The notes beneath the pieces are model-generated. The model searched no databases. It had not been told where the DNA came from and was given only the letters and a program-made list of their open reading frames with translations. Below are positions 29,172 to 37,251 of a DNA stretch of 64,000 nucleotides, in pieces. The first letter of the stretch is position 1. The number at the start of each line of letters is the position of its first letter. The stretch comes from Mariniphaga sp. (GTDB taxonomy: Bacteria; Bacteroidota; Bacteroidia; Bacteroidales; Prolixibacteraceae): assembly GCA_025355585.1 (NCBI GenBank), contig JANXZJ010000108.1:8589-72588 (forward strand). The letters are read 5' to 3'. The position numbers and the translations under genes are program-made.

Positions 29172-30140
29172 ATGAGTAATAACAATAATAGCACCGACGA
29201 TCGTATTAACAGCGAAGGTGAGGATAAAAATTCGCGTCGTGCATTTTTCAAAAACTTTGGATTGATTGGAGCTGTCGCCGCTGCGGGAGGTGCTGCAATT
29301 TATTCCGGTTATAAATACGAAGAATCAAAGCCAAACCACGATATGGTAAAGGTCTTAACGGCCGACAATCGCCTTGTGGAGGTTCCGCGCGATCAGATAA
29401 AGGATATTAAACTGGACACATCAGAGTTACAAAGAAAAGGACGTGAAGGGTTGAAGGGGCATCGGTTTGTGATGGTTATTGATCTTTCGAAATGCCGCAA
29501 CGCCCGTAAATGTATCAGTGCCTGCCAGGGAGCTCATCATTTGCGTCCTTATGAATACCATATCAATACGTTGGTAATGCAGGAATCACCCGAAACTGCA
29601 CCTTATTATATGCCAAAGCCTTGTCAGCATTGTGATAATCCGCCTTGCGTTGCTGTTTGTCCGGTGAATGCTACGTTTAAAAGGCAGGATGGGATCGTTT
29701 TAATTGATAATGAGCGATGTATTGGTTGTCGTTTTTGTATTGCCGCCTGCCCGTATTCCGCACGTCTGTTTCATTGGGAAGAGCCCCTTATGTCGGAAGC
29801 TGATAAAGGGAAGCCATATAATATCGAACTCAATGTTCCTCAGAAGAAAGGAACAGTCACCAAATGTCTGTTTAGTTCGGACAGGCTGCGTGAAGGGAAA
29901 TTACCCTATTGTGTATCCGCTTGTCCCAATGGTGTTTATTATTTTGGTGATGAGAACCAGGATGCAGTAACAAATGGTACGACTAAAGAAACTTACCGGC
30001 TTAGTGAACTGCTCCGAGTGAATGGTGGTTATCACCTGATGCCCGAATTGGGAACAAAGCCAAGGGTTTTCTATCTGCCGCCAAAAAACAGGTTGTTTGA
30101 ATTTAAAGATACCAGAGATCAGGATAAGGAAAAAATATGA
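29172..30140 (+). CDS. Tat-exported 4Fe-4S ferredoxin-type subunit (NrfC/PsrB/ActB2-like), no molybdopterin domain
   Basis: ORF 29094..30140; the likely ATG is at 29172. It has the twin-arginine signal SRRAFFKNFGLIGAVAAAGG and cluster motifs PCQHCDNPPCVAVCP, CIGCRFCIAACP and PYCVSACP. Confidence 0.85.
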   Translation: MSNNNNSTDDRINSEGEDKNSRRAFFKNFGLIGAVAAAGGAAIYSGYKYEESKPNHDMVKVLTADNRLVEVPRDQIKDIKLDTSELQRKGREGLKGHRFVMVIDLSKCRNARKCISACQGAHHLRPYEYHINTLVMQESPETAPYYMPKPCQHCDNPPCVAVCPVNATFKRQDGIVLIDNERCIGCRFCIAACPYSARLFHWEEPLMSEADKGKPYNIELNVPQKKGTVTKCLFSSDRLREGKLPYCVSACPNGVYYFGDENQDAVTNGTTKETYRLSELLRVNGGYHLMPELGTKPRVFYLPPKNRLFEFKDTRDQDKEKI

Positions 30141-30141
30141 T

Positions 30142-30212
30142 TGTAGTGAGGCCCGTTGTAGAGACGCACGGCCGTGCGTCTCTACACACCAGATAAATGT
30201 GCGTCTCTACAC
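30142..30212. repeat. REP-like palindromic element in the intercistronic gap: perfect 13-bp arms plus an extra copy of one arm
   Basis: TGTAGAGACGCAC (30157-69), GGCC, then GTGCGTCTCTACA (30174-86) form a perfect 30-nt palindrome. A second GTGCGTCTCTACA sits at 30199-30211 and a degenerate TGTAGTGAGGC at 30142-52. Confidence 0.85.
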
Positions 30213-30263
30213 GACAGATATTAAAATTAAATACATTGATTTTTCAAAATAATAACCAAAACT

Positions 30264-31610
30264 ATGGCATCAGAAGTGAATACAGGTTTTTTGTTGGATA
30301 AAAGACTCGATTCAATTGCAACTGATATTTTAAGACCTGTTGGAATTTCGAAAGGATTTTTAGTTTGGATGGGATTTCTGCTTGTCTCACTTTCGGGCTG
30401 CATCTATGCATATTACATTCAATGGGACAAAGGTTTGATCGTGACTGGTTTGCGCGATTATGTGAGTTGGGGAATGTACATTGCCAATTTTATTTTCTTT
30501 GTTGCCACCAGCCTAGTCGGCATGCTGATCAGTTCGGTGCTGGGGTTGATGGGATTTAAATGGGTAAAGCCAATTGCCCGCATCGCTGAAATCATTGCAG
30601 TCGCATTTGCCGCCGTAGCCGGTCTAGTAATTGTTTCCGATATGGGCCGTCCAGAGCGACTTCCTTATGTATTTATGTATGGCCGTATACAATCGCCGAT
30701 CCTCTGGGATGTTACCGTTGTAACGACATATCTGGTTCTTAGTACGTTGTTGTACTTCATTCCGCTTATTCCCGATTTGGCAATCAGTAAGGGCAGAATG
30801 GGGCATACCCCTAAATGGCTTCAGTCGACTTATGAAGTACTGTCCGTGAACTGGAGTCATACACCGCAGCAATATAAAATACTGCTGAAATCGGTGAGAA
30901 TTCTGCTGATCGTTATCATACCAACTGCATTTGCCATACACACAGTAACTTCATGGTTGTTAGCCGTGACACTGCGACCCGGTTGGGACAGTTCGATTTT
31001 TGGCCCTTACTTTCTTACGGGTGCGTTTGTTGCAGGTTCGGCAGCTGTTGTGATAATGATGTATTTTGTACGAACGAACTATAAACTCGACAAATACCTT
31101 ACACTTTACCATTTTGATATGATGGGTAAACTGCTTGTTCTGGTTTCCCTTGTTTATCTCTATTTCAATATTAACGAGTTTTTGGTGCCTGCTTTTAAAC
31201 TTAAAACAGCCGATGCGATCCATCTCAAAGAACTTTTTGTAGGGGAATATGCATCAATGTTTTGGAGCGTTCAGCTGCTTGGGCTGATCTTCCCGATTAT
31301 CCTGTTATTGTTCAAGTTCTTCAGGAAACCATTACCGATGTTTATCATTTCAGTCGTTGTGCTCATTGCCGCCTGGTTTAAAAGATATTTAATCGTTGTG
31401 CCAACACAGCAGAATCCTTTTCTACCCAAACAGTATGTCCCCGATGCCTGGATGGTGTATCAGCCTACGGTAATTGAAACAGCTATCACGATGGGAACCA
31501 TCCTGCTTGCTGTGATTATTATAACTGTGTTGTTTAAATTATTTCCTGTGATTCCAATTTGGGAAATGGCTGAAGAGCAATGCGAAAATGATCATAAATC
31601 CCAGGAATAA
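30264..31610 (+). CDS. NrfD/PsrC-family polytopic quinol-interacting membrane subunit (ActC-like)
   Basis: 448 aa with roughly 10 predicted TM helices. Its position directly after the NrfC-like FeS subunit is the canonical NrfCD/PsrBC/ActBC pairing. Confidence 0.8.
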   Translation: MASEVNTGFLLDKRLDSIATDILRPVGISKGFLVWMGFLLVSLSGCIYAYYIQWDKGLIVTGLRDYVSWGMYIANFIFFVATSLVGMLISSVLGLMGFKWVKPIARIAEIIAVAFAAVAGLVIVSDMGRPERLPYVFMYGRIQSPILWDVTVVTTYLVLSTLLYFIPLIPDLAISKGRMGHTPKWLQSTYEVLSVNWSHTPQQYKILLKSVRILLIVIIPTAFAIHTVTSWLLAVTLRPGWDSSIFGPYFLTGAFVAGSAAVVIMMYFVRTNYKLDKYLTLYHFDMMGKLLVLVSLVYLYFNINEFLVPAFKLKTADAIHLKELFVGEYASMFWSVQLLGLIFPIILLLFKFFRKPLPMFIISVVVLIAAWFKRYLIVVPTQQNPFLPKQYVPDAWMVYQPTVIETAITMGTILLAVIIITVLFKLFPVIPIWEMAEEQCENDHKSQE

Positions 31611-31627
31611 GATATAACAAAAAACAT

Positions 31628-32545
31628 ATGATTAAAAAGTATTTATTTCTTGTATTGATTGTTTTAATCTCTTTTCATCTGTCTGCTCAGGAGTGGGTGG
31701 TTCCTGCTGAAGAAGGAGTCAAACTCAGTCCTTTCGCATTTAATGATTCTACACGCAAAGTGGGAGCAGATCTTTACAATACGAATTGTAAATCATGTCA
31801 TGGCGACCCTGGCAAAAACAATGTGATTAATCTTGTTCCACCGCCGCCCGATGTGGCTTCGGTAAAAATGCAAACCAATTCCGATGGCGCTTTGCATTTT
31901 AAGCTTGTCCAGGGGCGTGCTCCAATGCCTTCGTTTAAGAATATTCTTTCATCTACAGATATTTGGCGTGTTATTTCGTTTGTTCGGAGTTTCAACGATA
32001 AATACGTTCAGGTAATTGATACAAAAAAAGGCATGGCAGGGACAGCTGCCTCGAATGTTAAAATTCAGGTAGCGTGGGTGAAAGAACAGAATCAGGTTCA
32101 GATGGTTATATCGGGAATGAAGGAGAACAAGATCCAACCTGTGTCGGGAGCGGAGGTGAAGCTGTTTGCAAAAAGATATTTTGGCAACCTGTTGATTGAT
32201 GAGGCACGCAACACTGATGCTCAGGGAAAAGCATTGTTTAATTTCCCGAAAGATCTGCCGGGCGATTCGGCCGGATTTGTACAGCTTATTGCAAAACTTT
32301 CGGATGAAGCGGCATATGGGGAAGCAAAAGCCGATACGACACTTGCTATTGGTGTACCTACCTATCGTCCACCACTGAATGAACAACGGGCGATGTGGAA
32401 TGTTGTTCAAAAAACACCGATATGGTTGTTACTCGCCTATACTTTTACGGTACTGGTAGTGTGGGGATTTATTTTTTATGTGCTATTGCAGATCAGGGCA
32501 ATTTACAAGGCCGGTTTAAGAAAAGATCATGAAACTACGGATTAA
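31628..32545 (+). CDS. Membrane-anchored monohaem cytochrome c (ActE-like role?) with uncharacterised middle domain
   Basis: 305 aa with a signal peptide and a single CKSCH plus the distal RAPMPSF. An unassigned ~150-aa domain is followed by a C-terminal TM helix (IWLLLAYTFTVLVVWGFIFYVLL). Confidence 0.75.
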   Translation: MIKKYLFLVLIVLISFHLSAQEWVVPAEEGVKLSPFAFNDSTRKVGADLYNTNCKSCHGDPGKNNVINLVPPPPDVASVKMQTNSDGALHFKLVQGRAPMPSFKNILSSTDIWRVISFVRSFNDKYVQVIDTKKGMAGTAASNVKIQVAWVKEQNQVQMVISGMKENKIQPVSGAEVKLFAKRYFGNLLIDEARNTDAQGKALFNFPKDLPGDSAGFVQLIAKLSDEAAYGEAKADTTLAIGVPTYRPPLNEQRAMWNVVQKTPIWLLLAYTFTVLVVWGFIFYVLLQIRAIYKAGLRKDHETTD

Positions 32546-32586
32546 GGTAATTATATAATTATTAATAACTAATAAATCAACCTGGT

Positions 32587-32961
32587 ATGAAGAATCTGTC
32601 AACGATTGGGCGAATACTCTTCGCGATTCCATTTGCTATATTTGGATTAAACCATCTGTTATTCATCGATTTTTACATTGGAACAGTTTCTTCATTTATC
32701 CCGCTTGGTCCTTATACAATTATTCTGACCGGGATTTTTCTGATCATGGCCAGTCTTAGTATTATCTTTAATAAATATATAAAGGTTTCTACAATTCTCT
32801 TATCCATTCTATTATTGACGTTTATCCTTACGATTCATATTCCGGCACTGTTTGATCCGGCCAAATGGCAATTTGCATTGATCGAGTTATTGAAAGACAC
32901 CTCCCTGCTGGGCGGTTCATTGATGATTGCCGGAATGATGTCCGAAAAAGAGAAGGAATAA
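32587..32961 (+). CDS. DoxX-family small membrane protein
   Basis: 124 aa with 4 hydrophobic helices. The N-terminal GRILFAIPFAIFGLNHL resembles the DoxX family. Confidence 0.55.
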   Translation: MKNLSTIGRILFAIPFAIFGLNHLLFIDFYIGTVSSFIPLGPYTIILTGIFLIMASLSIIFNKYIKVSTILLSILLLTFILTIHIPALFDPAKWQFALIELLKDTSLLGGSLMIAGMMSEKEKE

Positions 32962-32982
32962 TATTTAATAAATTATTAAGTA

Positions 32983-33765
32983 ATGAAAAAATTATTAGTT
33001 CTGTTATTGTTTGTGGGGTTGTTGTTGAACGCAGTTGCTCAGTTACCGATTAATCGCGAAGTTGAAATCGGTATTGTTGAGAAGCTTGGAGATACACTTC
33101 CACTGGATCTGAAATTTTTCAATGAAAAAAACGATACGGTTACCCTTGGCAGTATGATCACGAAGCCGACAATCCTATCTTTCGTTTATTTCGACTGCCC
33201 GGGACTGTGTAGTCCTTTACTTGATGGCATAGCAGATGTTATAAGCCGGATGGACATGTCACTTGGAAAAGATTTCAACATAATTACAATCAGTTTTAAT
33301 ACAAAGGACACGCCCGAAAAAGCAAGGCAAAAGAAGCTCAATTTTGTTCAGAAAATACAGGAAAAGGACCGTGCAAACTGGTTTTACCTGACCGGGGAAT
33401 TGGGAAATATTCAAAAAATAACCGAAGCGGCAGGTTTTAGGTATAAACCTACCGGGCTCGATTTTGCACATCCGTCCACCATCATAATGATCAGTCCTCA
33501 AGGGAAGATAACGCGGTATCTTTATGGAATTACTTTTCTCCCCTTCGATGTAAAAATGGCGGTTGTTGAGTCTCAAAAAGGACTTGTCAGGCCCACAAGT
33601 AATAAACTTCTTGATTATTGCTTTGCGTACGACACACAAAGCAAGGCTTATACGCTGCAATTTACGCGGTTGATCGGTACTTTCATACTCATTATCGGGC
33701 TGTTTTTTGTAGCCTGGTTAGTAATAACTGCAAAGAGAAAATCACCAAAGCTCATAAAGGAATGA
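32983..33765 (+). CDS. SCO1/SenC-family copper chaperone (thioredoxin fold, CxxxC)
   Basis: 260 aa reading VYFDCPGLCSPLLDG, with a conserved His further on (HPS). It has a signal peptide plus a C-terminal TM helix. Its stop overlaps the coxI start (ATGA at 33762-33765). Confidence 0.8.
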   Translation: MKKLLVLLLFVGLLLNAVAQLPINREVEIGIVEKLGDTLPLDLKFFNEKNDTVTLGSMITKPTILSFVYFDCPGLCSPLLDGIADVISRMDMSLGKDFNIITISFNTKDTPEKARQKKLNFVQKIQEKDRANWFYLTGELGNIQKITEAAGFRYKPTGLDFAHPSTIIMISPQGKITRYLYGITFLPFDVKMAVVESQKGLVRPTSNKLLDYCFAYDTQSKAYTLQFTRLIGTFILIIGLFFVAWLVITAKRKSPKLIKE

Positions 33766-35378
33766 ACTACAATTCGTCACCAACTGCTCCATTAAATTTC
33801 CTTAATCACAAGACCGGTCTTTGGTCGTGGTTAAGTTCTACCGACCATAAACGAATCGGACTGTTATATCTCTATTCTATCACAATATTCTTCTGTGCAG
33901 CAGCTGTTTTAGGGCTTTTGATGAAGATTGAGAAGTTCGCTCCGGGCGAAACCATCATGACCGCCCAGACCTACAACGGCATATTTACAATACATGGAAT
34001 CATCATGATTTTTATTGTTGTGATCCCCGGGCTTGCTGCAGTATTTGGAAACATTTTGCTTCCCATAATGATTGGGGCAAAGGATGTTGCATTTCCAAAA
34101 CTTAACCTTTTTTCGTGGTATGTTTATATTACGGGCGCCTGTCTTGGACTTTATTCCCAGTTTGCCAAAGGTCATGTACCAGATGCAGGATGGACCTTCT
34201 ATGTTCCTTACAGCGCTGAGGTTAATTCGAATATTGTCATCGCACTCACTGCCGCTTTTGTACTTGGGTTTGCCTCCATCCTTACCGGTTTGAATTTTAT
34301 CGTTACGATCCACCGAATGCGGGCCCCCGGAATGACATGGTTCCGGATGCCGCTTTTTCCCTGGTCGTTGTATGCCACTGCATGGATTCAGATTCTCGCA
34401 ACTCCCATCATCGGGATTACTTTACTGATGGTGATTGCTGAGCGAACGCTTCAAATCGGATTCTTTGACCCGGCACTTGGTGGCGATCCTGTTTTGTATC
34501 AGCACCTTTTCTGGATCTATTCTCATCCGGCTGTCTATGTTATGATTCTGCCGGCTATGGGTGTGGTTTCTGAAATATTTCCTACATTCAGTCAGAAGCC
34601 AATTTTTGGTTATATGCCGATCGTCTTCTCGAGTTTAGCAATTGCCCTTGTCGGTTATTTTGTGTGGGGTCATCATATGTTTACATCAGGGATGAGTTAC
34701 CAGGCACGATGGTTTTTTTCGCTGCTTACTTTTCTTGTAGCCATACCGAGTGCTATTAAGGTATTTAACTGGCTTTCAACAATGTATGGCGGATCTGTCG
34801 ATCTTAAACCTCCGCTTCTGTATGCAATCTCATTTATTTTTCTTTTTACAATTGGCGGATTTACAGGGCTTACACTCGGCTCGTTGGCAACAAATATTCA
34901 GACGCACAATACCGATTTTGTGGTAGCACATTTTCATTATATTGTCTTCGGTGGGATGGGATTCGGTTTTTTTGCCGCCATTCATTATTGGTACCCAAAG
35001 ATATACGGGAGGATGTATAACATCCGATGGGCAAATATTGCCTGGGCGATTCTATTTACCGGATTCAATGTCCTCTATTTCCCGATGTTTATTCTAGGAC
35101 TTCAGGGGATGCCAAGACGTTATTTCGATTACGATCCAAAATTTCAGACCGGACAGATGATCTCCTCAATCGGTGCATTTATCCTTATTATTGGTTTGAT
35201 TGGAATGATTTCGAACCTGGTTTACCATGTTCGTCGCGGGGCAATAGCACCGGCAAATCCATGGCATGGTGTTACACTTGAATGGCAGATTCCATCACCT
35301 CCTCCGCATGAGAATTTTGATGAAGTCCCTGTGATCACGCGCGATCCTTATGTTTTCGATAATCCTTATACAAAATAA
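33762..35378 (+). CDS. ctaD: Cytochrome c oxidase subunit I (haem-copper oxidase)
   Basis: ORF 33618..35378; the likely start is ATG 33762 (MNYNSSP...TDHKRIGLLYLY). Classic motifs GIFTIHGIIMIF, WFFGHP-like LFWIYSHPAVYVMILP and HHMFTSG are present. Confidence 0.95.
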   Translation: MNYNSSPTAPLNFLNHKTGLWSWLSSTDHKRIGLLYLYSITIFFCAAAVLGLLMKIEKFAPGETIMTAQTYNGIFTIHGIIMIFIVVIPGLAAVFGNILLPIMIGAKDVAFPKLNLFSWYVYITGACLGLYSQFAKGHVPDAGWTFYVPYSAEVNSNIVIALTAAFVLGFASILTGLNFIVTIHRMRAPGMTWFRMPLFPWSLYATAWIQILATPIIGITLLMVIAERTLQIGFFDPALGGDPVLYQHLFWIYSHPAVYVMILPAMGVVSEIFPTFSQKPIFGYMPIVFSSLAIALVGYFVWGHHMFTSGMSYQARWFFSLLTFLVAIPSAIKVFNWLSTMYGGSVDLKPPLLYAISFIFLFTIGGFTGLTLGSLATNIQTHNTDFVVAHFHYIVFGGMGFGFFAAIHYWYPKIYGRMYNIRWANIAWAILFTGFNVLYFPMFILGLQGMPRRYFDYDPKFQTGQMISSIGAFILIIGLIGMISNLVYHVRRGAIAPANPWHGVTLEWQIPSPPPHENFDEVPVITRDPYVFDNPYTK

Positions 35379-35390
35379 AACAGCAGATTT

Positions 35391-36002
35391 ATGTCGACAA
35401 CCGAACATAGCGACTACATCGATAGTGATACAGGGAAAATGGGGATGTGGTTATTCCTTTTTACCGAACTCTTCCTCTTTGGCGGACTCTTTATCGTATA
35501 TGCGGTGATGCGCACGAAGTATCCCGAAGATTTTCACCAGGCCGCACTCGAATTGAATGCCTTTATCGGAGCTACCAACACGGTTGTACTGCTTGTCAGT
35601 AGTATGACGGTAGCCATGTCCCTGACAGCGATCCAGAAGAACAAGCCGAATATTGCAATTGGTTTGATATTTATCACGTTAATCCTTGCCGGAGTATTTA
35701 TGATGAATAAATATTTCGAATGGGGTCATAAGTTTTCGCTTCACCTCTACCCGGGTTCGGATGTAATGAAAACGCTTCCTCATGGTGAAATCATGTTTTT
35801 CGGGCTCTACTTTATGATGACGGGGTTACATGCTTTGCATGTGATCATTGGAGGCATACTCCTAACAATTGTCATGTTTAAATTGAAATCGGGAAAGATC
35901 AACCAGGAACACTATTTATTGCAGGAAAACGGGGCGCTCTACTGGCATCTTGTTGACTTAATCTGGATATTCCTTTTCCCTTTACTATACCTGATTACTT
36001 AA
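35391..36002 (+). CDS. ctaE: Cytochrome c oxidase subunit III
   Basis: 203 aa with 5 TM helices. MGMWLFLFTELFLFGGLF and LYWHLVDLIWIFLFPLLY are typical. Confidence 0.9.
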   Translation: MSTTEHSDYIDSDTGKMGMWLFLFTELFLFGGLFIVYAVMRTKYPEDFHQAALELNAFIGATNTVVLLVSSMTVAMSLTAIQKNKPNIAIGLIFITLILAGVFMMNKYFEWGHKFSLHLYPGSDVMKTLPHGEIMFFGLYFMMTGLHALHVIIGGILLTIVMFKLKSGKINQEHYLLQENGALYWHLVDLIWIFLFPLLYLIT

Positions 36003-36019
36003 TAAAAAGCTTTATTCGA

Positions 36020-36304
36020 ATGAAGAACCACGACAATCATATTTCGAGCTATTCTCTGAACCTGACGGTGTTGCTTATTCTGCTTGTTCTGACAACTACC
36101 TCAGTTCTTGCGATAAAATTTCATTTTGGCGCTTTCACTGTAGCTGTGGCATTGATAATTGCATCTGTTAAAGCTGCCATTGTCCTCACCTATTTTATGC
36201 ATCTCAAATTCGAAAATCTTTTGTTGCGCCTGATGGTGAGCGGCGTATTTCTCTTGTTCGCGATAGTTGTCGTGATCACATTTATTGATTATTATTTCAG
36301 ATAA
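36020..36304 (+). CDS. Prokaryotic cytochrome c oxidase subunit IV family protein
   Basis: 94 aa with 3 TM helices. It follows subunit III as in caa3/bo3-type operons. Confidence 0.7.
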   Translation: MKNHDNHISSYSLNLTVLLILLVLTTTSVLAIKFHFGAFTVAVALIIASVKAAIVLTYFMHLKFENLLLRLMVSGVFLLFAIVVVITFIDYYFR

Positions 36305-36315
36305 TTCTCCAAACT

Positions 36316-37251
36316 ATGGAAACAGCATTCTCCGGAGCATCTAATTTAGCCGAAGCCGTAGACCGTGCGTTTATATTCATCTTTTCGATTTCATTTATTA
36401 TCACGATCGCAATAAGCGTGTTAATGATTTACATCGTTATCCATTTCTCACGCAAAAAGGTGAAAAATCCGAAGCAATTTACAGGAAATACAAAGCTTGA
36501 AATTGCCTGGACGATTATTCCTTTGATAATTGTTCTGATGATGTTTTACTATGGGAAAGTGGGATTTACACCCATGCGCGAAGTTCCTCCTGATGCCATG
36601 CCAATTACGGCAATAGGAAGAATGTGGGCATGGAGTTTCGACTACGGAAGCGGGAAGATTTCCAAAGATCTTGTCGTTCCGCTCAACAGAAATGTCAGGA
36701 TGAATCTTTTATCGATGGATGTCAACCACGGTCTATTTATTCCGGCTTTCAGGGTGAAGGAAGATGTAATTCCCGGATACAAAAATTATCTTTGGTTTAG
36801 GCCCATCGTAAAAGGTGAGTTTGATGTGTACTGTACCGATTATTGCGGCCTGGCACACTCTGGTATGACTGCAAAAGTTATTGTGGTTGATAGTCTTGAT
36901 TTTGAGAAATGGCTGGTCGATCTAAAGGCAACAGGAAATATTCCCGACCTTCCAGGACTTACGGTACTTAAAGGGAATGGTTGCCTTACCTGTCATTCCC
37001 TCGACGGCTCGAAAATTATTGGTCCGTCATTTAAAGGGCTATATGGCTCTAAAAGAGTAGTAATTACTGATCAGGGCGAAAAAACTGTCGATGCCTTCGA
37101 CGATTATATTAAAAGGTCAATCTTAGATCCGAATGCTGAAGTCGTCAAAGGGTTTAATAAAGGGTTGATGCAGCCCTACAAGGATGTAATAAAAGGGGAA
37201 GATCTTGATAAAATTGTTGATTATTTTAGAAAATCGAGTGAGCAAAAATAA
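36316..37251 (+). CDS. ctaC: Cytochrome c oxidase subunit II with C-terminal cytochrome c domain (caa3-type)
   Basis: 311 aa with two N-terminal TM helices. CuA ligands are DVNHGLFIP...CTDYCGLAHSGM, and the C-terminal haem motif is CLTCH. Confidence 0.9.
   Translation: METAFSGASNLAEAVDRAFIFIFSISFIITIAISVLMIYIVIHFSRKKVKNPKQFTGNTKLEIAWTIIPLIIVLMMFYYGKVGFTPMREVPPDAMPITAIGRMWAWSFDYGSGKISKDLVVPLNRNVRMNLLSMDVNHGLFIPAFRVKEDVIPGYKNYLWFRPIVKGEFDVYCTDYCGLAHSGMTAKVIVVDSLDFEKWLVDLKATGNIPDLPGLTVLKGNGCLTCHSLDGSKIIGPSFKGLYGSKRVVITDQGEKTVDAFDDYIKRSILDPNAEVVKGFNKGLMQPYKDVIKGEDLDKIVDYFRKSSEQK

Noticed and set aside
33618-33761. N-terminal 48-codon extension of CoxI suggested by the ORF track
   Set aside because: The extension lies wholly within the Sco coding region in another frame. 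ATG 33762 gives the canonical CoxI N-terminus and an ATGA stop/start junction.
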